Source of the DNA: a virus
Virus record (IMG/VR): IMGVR_UViG_3300045988_040029
Location: 1 to 43,910 of that record
Reading direction: 5' to 3' (one strand)
Length of the DNA stretch: 43,910 bases
Made by a program: the position numbers and the translations under genes. The notes under the pieces are model-generated. The model was given only the letters and a program-made list of their open reading frames with translations. It had not been told where the DNA came from and did not search any database. Numbering within the stretch: position 1 is the first letter of the stretch; each line of letters opens with the position of its first letter. Shown piece after piece: positions 40,090-43,910 of the stretch.

Positions 40090-41670
40090 CTACCTTACCA
40101 TTGCAAACCACATAAAGCCACAGTGTTCATTCGCTGCCTTGCTGTAATACCCATAGCACTGTACTTTTCTGCCTTTTGGTACTACAAGTATACCATTTTT
40201 TTCTTTGCCAGCGCCATGTTTCATCCATAACTCAGTAGTGGTTTTGTAAGCACCTGCTTTTGTTTTATCATAACACTGAGCTGCTTCTGTCGTTGTAGCT
40301 ATGACTGGCTGAGACATTGCAGCCTTCGCCTTTTTATATAAAGTCTCAAGGGATACTTTAGTTTTTGTACCATAGAAACCATCTAATTCCAGTTTGTGAT
40401 CTTTTTGGTAGTTTTTCAGGGCTTTTTCCGTATTTGTTCCAAAATCTCCATCTGCGCCAGATGATCCGCAAGGATATCCAACAGTAATCAGCATTATCTG
40501 CATTGTCTTAACTTCTGGCCCATTGTCACCTTTAGACAGGTAGTCTTTTTTATTGGATGTTCCAATCGTGGTCTGATTTCCTGCTGTTGTTCCAGAAGTT
40601 TCTGCATATTTAGGGCAACCATATCCCCTGATGTAGCCCCAGCCAATAGGTATCGTTCTTTCACCTACTACGCCGCCACCCATATTCCCCTCAATTACCG
40701 TCAGGGTTCTATTCTTGGTATTCACTGTTTCTACGATGCCGATATGATCCGCCCATCCATCATTTGGTTGGGTCGCATCATCCCAGTTGTAGCAGATAAT
40801 GTAGCCTGGTTTCGGTACGATAGTTCCGTCTTCGTTCCAGATTTCTTTTTTCTTGAGGATGTTAATATGCTCCTCTACTCCACATTCTGTTCCACCGATC
40901 AGATCTACGGCATTCAGCTTGATAAAAGCTGCTGACACAGTGGTATCACAATAATCATCTGTGTAGCTTACCGCATATCCTCTGGCAAGTGGTTTATGAC
41001 TGTTATACAAATCAATGATGGGCTTGTGAGTACCCTTTGATCTGCTCATGCCAATCCAACTCTTCATTACGTCAATAATCTGCTGTGCTGTTACTTTCAT
41101 GTTAGTCCCTCCATTCTGACACTTTAAGTACTTTTCAAAGACATAGCCACGGTCTGCTCTGCCCTTGCAAACCGTTTCTCCTGTATTCGCTGGTATCTCA
41201 AATTTTTTCAGCACATAGTCTGATGCTACTCTGATAGACGTTGTCGTGGTCAATACTTTCCAGACACTCTGATATTTATTTTTCAGTTCCCAAATCAAAT
41301 ATTCCAACTGTAGGTTTTCGTCTGCAATAGAAACCTTACTTGATTTTGCTCGCTCGTACAGCAGTTTCTTTCTTCCAGGGCTTGTCCACTGCGCCAGCCC
41401 ATGACCATACTGTTTGCCAGGCAACGGATGCATGTACTCTTCCAATGTAATTTTTCCGCTGTCGATTGCTGCTGCATAGCTCTTGTCTGTGTAATTATAG
41501 CCAGCTTCTTTCAGTCTTTTAACTAGCAAGTATTCCATCCGGTCCGTGTAAAAACCATCGGATTCTGCTTCGAGATTGCAGATCATCCCAATTGCACCGG
41601 CATGGGACATCCCCTGTTTACGCAAATACTTATAGGCTCTGACTTCTGCCAATCGATTAATTATAGCCAT
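40090..41670 (-). CDS. Multidomain endolysin: lysozyme-like N domain, CHAP, PG_binding_1, SH3b-like
   Basis: GAIGMICNLEAESDGF is a tail-lysozyme-type N domain. YCDTTVSAAF...GWADHIGIVE is a CHAP Cys/His pair. LSKGDNGPEVKTMQIML...GDFGTNTEKALKNYQ is PG_binding_1. The C terminus has an SH3-like beta region. Confidence 0.85.
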   Translation of the reverse strand: MAIINRLAEVRAYKYLRKQGMSHAGAIGMICNLEAESDGFYTDRMEYLLVKRLKEAGYNYTDKSYAAAIDSGKITLEEYMHPLPGKQYGHGLAQWTSPGRKKLLYERAKSSKVSIADENLQLEYLIWELKNKYQSVWKVLTTTTSIRVASDYVLKKFEIPANTGETVCKGRADRGYVFEKYLKCQNGGTNMKVTAQQIIDVMKSWIGMSRSKGTHKPIIDLYNSHKPLARGYAVSYTDDYCDTTVSAAFIKLNAVDLIGGTECGVEEHINILKKKEIWNEDGTIVPKPGYIICYNWDDATQPNDGWADHIGIVETVNTKNRTLTVIEGNMGGGVVGERTIPIGWGYIRGYGCPKYAETSGTTAGNQTTIGTSNKKDYLSKGDNGPEVKTMQIMLITVGYPCGSSGADGDFGTNTEKALKNYQKDHKLELDGFYGTKTKVSLETLYKKAKAAMSQPVIATTTEAAQCYDKTKAGAYKTTTELWMKHGAGKEKNGILVVPKGRKVQCYGYYSKAANEHCGFMWFAMVR

Positions 41671-42490
41671 CTTTCATTTCTCCTATCAAACTTTTTAATT
41701 CTTTATTTTCTTCCTTCAATTCTGCAATTTCCCTACAGCACTTTTGGATCATGTAGGTATTCAGTGCGATAAATTCTGTATATGCTAGATTCTGTTTCTG
41801 CTTAAGTCCTTTATCTAACAGATAATTTACTTCAGATCCCTTCACATCCACCAGATTTCCTTCCTCATCGTATTCCTGCTCTCTGTGCAGATCGAGGGAT
41901 ACAAATCCTGCAAAATCCTGTGTCGTTAATCCTGAATCATATAATGCCTGTTCCACTTCCTGTGCAATGTAGCCAATATGGTTTCTTCCACTGCTTCCAA
42001 GATCGTACTGATAAGTTACAGGATGTAGTTCCCGGAAAAATTTTTCATATGGATCAGTAATATCGCAGATGGAATGCTTCAGGTTCCGATCTGAAGACCA
42101 TGATGTTGATCCATTGCATGTTATTGACTTTCCTCGAAGATTAAGTGCTGTGTTGTAAGTTTGTGTATCTGTCTTACCGTTCCAGCCTATAGCCGTGGTC
42201 AATAGATCGGTTTGCGCAATCAAAATATCGTGATTGGATCCATCCTTCCACTTTCTGTATATGGAATTACTCACGCTGTTATCTGAGTATCCAATAGCCT
42301 GTTCCACAAACATTCCGGTGTGTGTATGTATTGCTTTTGCCAGTCCGTCTGTTATCAGTGATTTCAACTTTGCAAAAGTCATTTTCCAGAGATTCCCGTT
42401 GGCATCCGCAATCGGAACCACATCTGTGTCCGCCGCTGTGGTTTTGTTTGTGAATTGCGTTACTAATTGAAACAAAAAGCTATCTGCCAT
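41657..42490 (-). CDS. Tail fibre with a C-terminal S74 intramolecular chaperone domain
   Basis: SSDRNLKHSICDITDPYEKFFRELHPVTYQY...GRNHIGYIAQEVEQAL matches the endosialidase-chaperone (Peptidase_S74) signature, including the Ser-Asp cleavage site. Confidence 0.75.
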   Translation of the reverse strand: MADSFLFQLVTQFTNKTTAADTDVVPIADANGNLWKMTFAKLKSLITDGLAKAIHTHTGMFVEQAIGYSDNSVSNSIYRKWKDGSNHDILIAQTDLLTTAIGWNGKTDTQTYNTALNLRGKSITCNGSTSWSSDRNLKHSICDITDPYEKFFRELHPVTYQYDLGSSGRNHIGYIAQEVEQALYDSGLTTQDFAGFVSLDLHREQEYDEEGNLVDVKGSEVNYLLDKGLKQKQNLAYTEFIALNTYMIQKCCREIAELKEENKELKSLIGEMKDGYN

Positions 42491-42525
42491 CGCTCTTTAC
42501 CCCCGTTTTTATTCTTTTCACCATT

Positions 42526-42717
42526 CTAGTCAATTCTTCCTTTGATAAGTGCTTCCAGTTCAGTAACTTTTTCCAGTGTGCTGCCTACTGCATAGTACAC
42601 TGGAGCTTTGGCGTTTTTCTTCACAATGTTGCCTTCTTCATCGCATTCATTGTAATGGACGGCTATGCTATACTCACCTCCCTGATTCATTATCGATATC
42701 ATCTTGATTGCTTTCAT
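42526..42717 (-). CDS. Hypothetical small protein
   Basis: 63 aa. The start is uncertain because several in-frame ATGs overlap the upstream gene's end. It has no TM segment. Confidence 0.4.
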   Translation of the reverse strand: MKAIKMISIMNQGGEYSIAVHYNECDEEGNIVKKNAKAPVYYAVGSTLEKVTELEALIKGRID

Positions 42718-43910
42718 TTTTCATACTCCTTTCATTTTCAGCGAGCAAATCAGTTAGCAACTGGCGTTCTTCTTCATCAAGATTGTTCAGTTCCTGCTTT
42801 TGCATCTCTTCAAGATCTTTATCATAAGTTTCAATTTCTGTGTCCTGTAAAACTACTGAAATATCGTCAAAACGAATATGTTCGTAATCTTTTTGTAGCG
42901 CTTTAATCTCCCATGAGTATTTCAAATTCGGTGTTCCTTTCACAGAAAAATATAACGGTCCTTTTTCTTCTACCCAGATATCCCCTGGCCCTTCTTTCTG
43001 CAGGAATACCTGATACTCAATACCAGAGTTGATCACTTCCAGCAATATGTCATCAATCGGTACCAAATCTTCCCCAAACTCATTGAGCTGGCCACTTCCA
43101 CAGTCTCCAAACATTGGAGCAGGCATCTCGAATGCATGCAGGTATTGTTTCTGATAGTTTTCTGTATCTACCACTCTGTTTTTTGTCCCAGTTACCAGCA
43201 AATAATTCGTAATCAACTGCTTGCATTCCAGTTGCTTCTTCATTTTTACATCACCTGATACGTCAACGTCTCCTCCGGCAGACAATGCACCATATAAGTT
43301 CACCTGTCCTGCTCCGAAAGATGCAATATCTTTCTTCTCTGCAGATATAAAAAGTCCCCAGAATGCATTCAGATCTATAACAGCTACATTATCCTCTATT
43401 ATTACACTTGATGATGCAAAATTAGGATAATATCTGGTTTTCGTCTGTACATATCCAGCATTCGCTATGTCAGACTCTGTTGTCCAGCTTTCGTCTACGC
43501 TTCCAAGTTTCGTTGATTTCAAACGGATATTTCCGCCATCAATTCTCGTCGCTGTACTTCCGGAATCTACCGTAACTTTAGTTCCGGTTATCGTTCCGCC
43601 TTTGATGGTTGGCGCACTTAATGTGCTTCCGCTTATCGTCGATCCGGTTATCTTCGTTCCATAAAGTTCTCCTGAGAATTTACCTTTTTCAAAATTGACT
43701 CCGGTGTTGTTGATATAGCCGATTTGCTTTCCGTTCTCATCGAGAATTTTTAAAAGCCCGTTTCCGTTCCCTTTACCTCCAACCGTAACAGTGCTTCCGC
43801 TTATCGTTGAGCCGGTTATCTTCGTTCCATAAAGTTCTCCTGAGAATTTACCTTTTTCAAAATTGACTCCGGTGTTGTTGATATAGCCGATTTGCTTTCC
43901 GTTCTCATCG
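42674..43910 (-). CDS. 3' part of the large tail-tip protein (same gene as 1..2692)
   Basis: The frame of track ORF 42674..43522 stays open up to 43910. My translation from the window end is DENGKQIGYINNTGVNFEKGKFSGELYGTKITGSTISGS... The phase matches base 1: 2692 + 1184 nt = 1292 codons. Confidence 0.75.
   Translation of the reverse strand, partial: DENGKQIGYINNTGVNFEKGKFSGELYGTKITGSTISGSTVTVGGKGNGNGLLKILDENGKQIGYINNTGVNFEKGKFSGELYGTKITGSTISGSTLSAPTIKGGTITGTKVTVDSGSTATRIDGGNIRLKSTKLGSVDESWTTESDIANAGYVQTKTRYYPNFASSSVIIEDNVAVIDLNAFWGLFISAEKKDIASFGAGQVNLYGALSAGGDVDVSGDVKMKKQLECKQLITNYLLVTGTKNRVVDTENYQKQYLHAFEMPAPMFGDCGSGQLNEFGEDLVPIDDILLEVINSGIEYQVFLQKEGPGDIWVEEKGPLYFSVKGTPNLKYSWEIKALQKDYEHIRFDDISVVLQDTEIETYDKDLEEMQKQELNNLDEEERQLLTDLLAENERSMKNESNQDDIDNESGR
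43622..43910. repeat. Tandem 168-bp (56-codon) coding repeat, about 2.4 units, spanning the contig junction
   Basis: The unit 43690-43857 restarts at 43858. A 68-bp partial unit at 43622-43689 is about 95 percent identical to 43790-43857. Confidence 0.9.

Overview
The window reads as one essentially complete genome (unit length about 43.86 kb) of a temperate phage with a long non-contractile tail (siphovirus type). The host is Gram-positive, probably Firmicutes or Clostridia. Bases 1-53 are identical to 43858-43910, and a large tail gene reads in frame across that junction, so the contig closes into a circle. This fits the headful-type (PBSX-family) terminase.

Almost everything is on the minus strand, in one early-to-late series:
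- A back-to-back promoter switch sits at about 34.9 kb.
- Early, recombination and replication genes run from 34743 down to 26052: YqaJ exonuclease, DUF1351, RecT, a resolvase, a DnaD-like organizer, two YopX paralogs and DUF1653.
- Then come a fused TerS-TerL terminase, portal, MuF, scaffold, major capsid, connectors, major tail, chaperones, tape measure, Dit/Tal-like proteins, a fibre with an S74 chaperone, and a multidomain endolysin.

The plus strand carries the lysogeny block: an XRE regulator, a TM2 protein, a CI/S24-like repressor, a tyrosine integrase, and an attP containing a tRNA 3' fragment flanked by arm-type repeats. One tRNA-Met(CAT) is present. I see no rRNA, CRISPR array, reverse transcriptase or obvious TA pair.

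Non-canonical content worth follow-up:
1. An 11-gene, 4.3-kb orphan cassette sits between MuF and scaffold. It includes a sigma-r4-like regulator, membrane proteins, a CCC-repeat protein, a TNF/BclA-like protein, a ferritin-like protein and internal terminators.
2. A Tad2-like (DUF2829) + DUF4406 + holin insertion lies inside the head-tail connector genes.
3. A second, Xer-like tyrosine recombinase sits in the head module, next to an inverted-repeat-flanked promoter/terminator segment and two fibre-like genes (one an SGNH esterase).
4. A self-promoted MuF-motif protein and other morons lie in the lysogeny region.

All family assignments come from reading motifs by eye and need HMM or structure confirmation.
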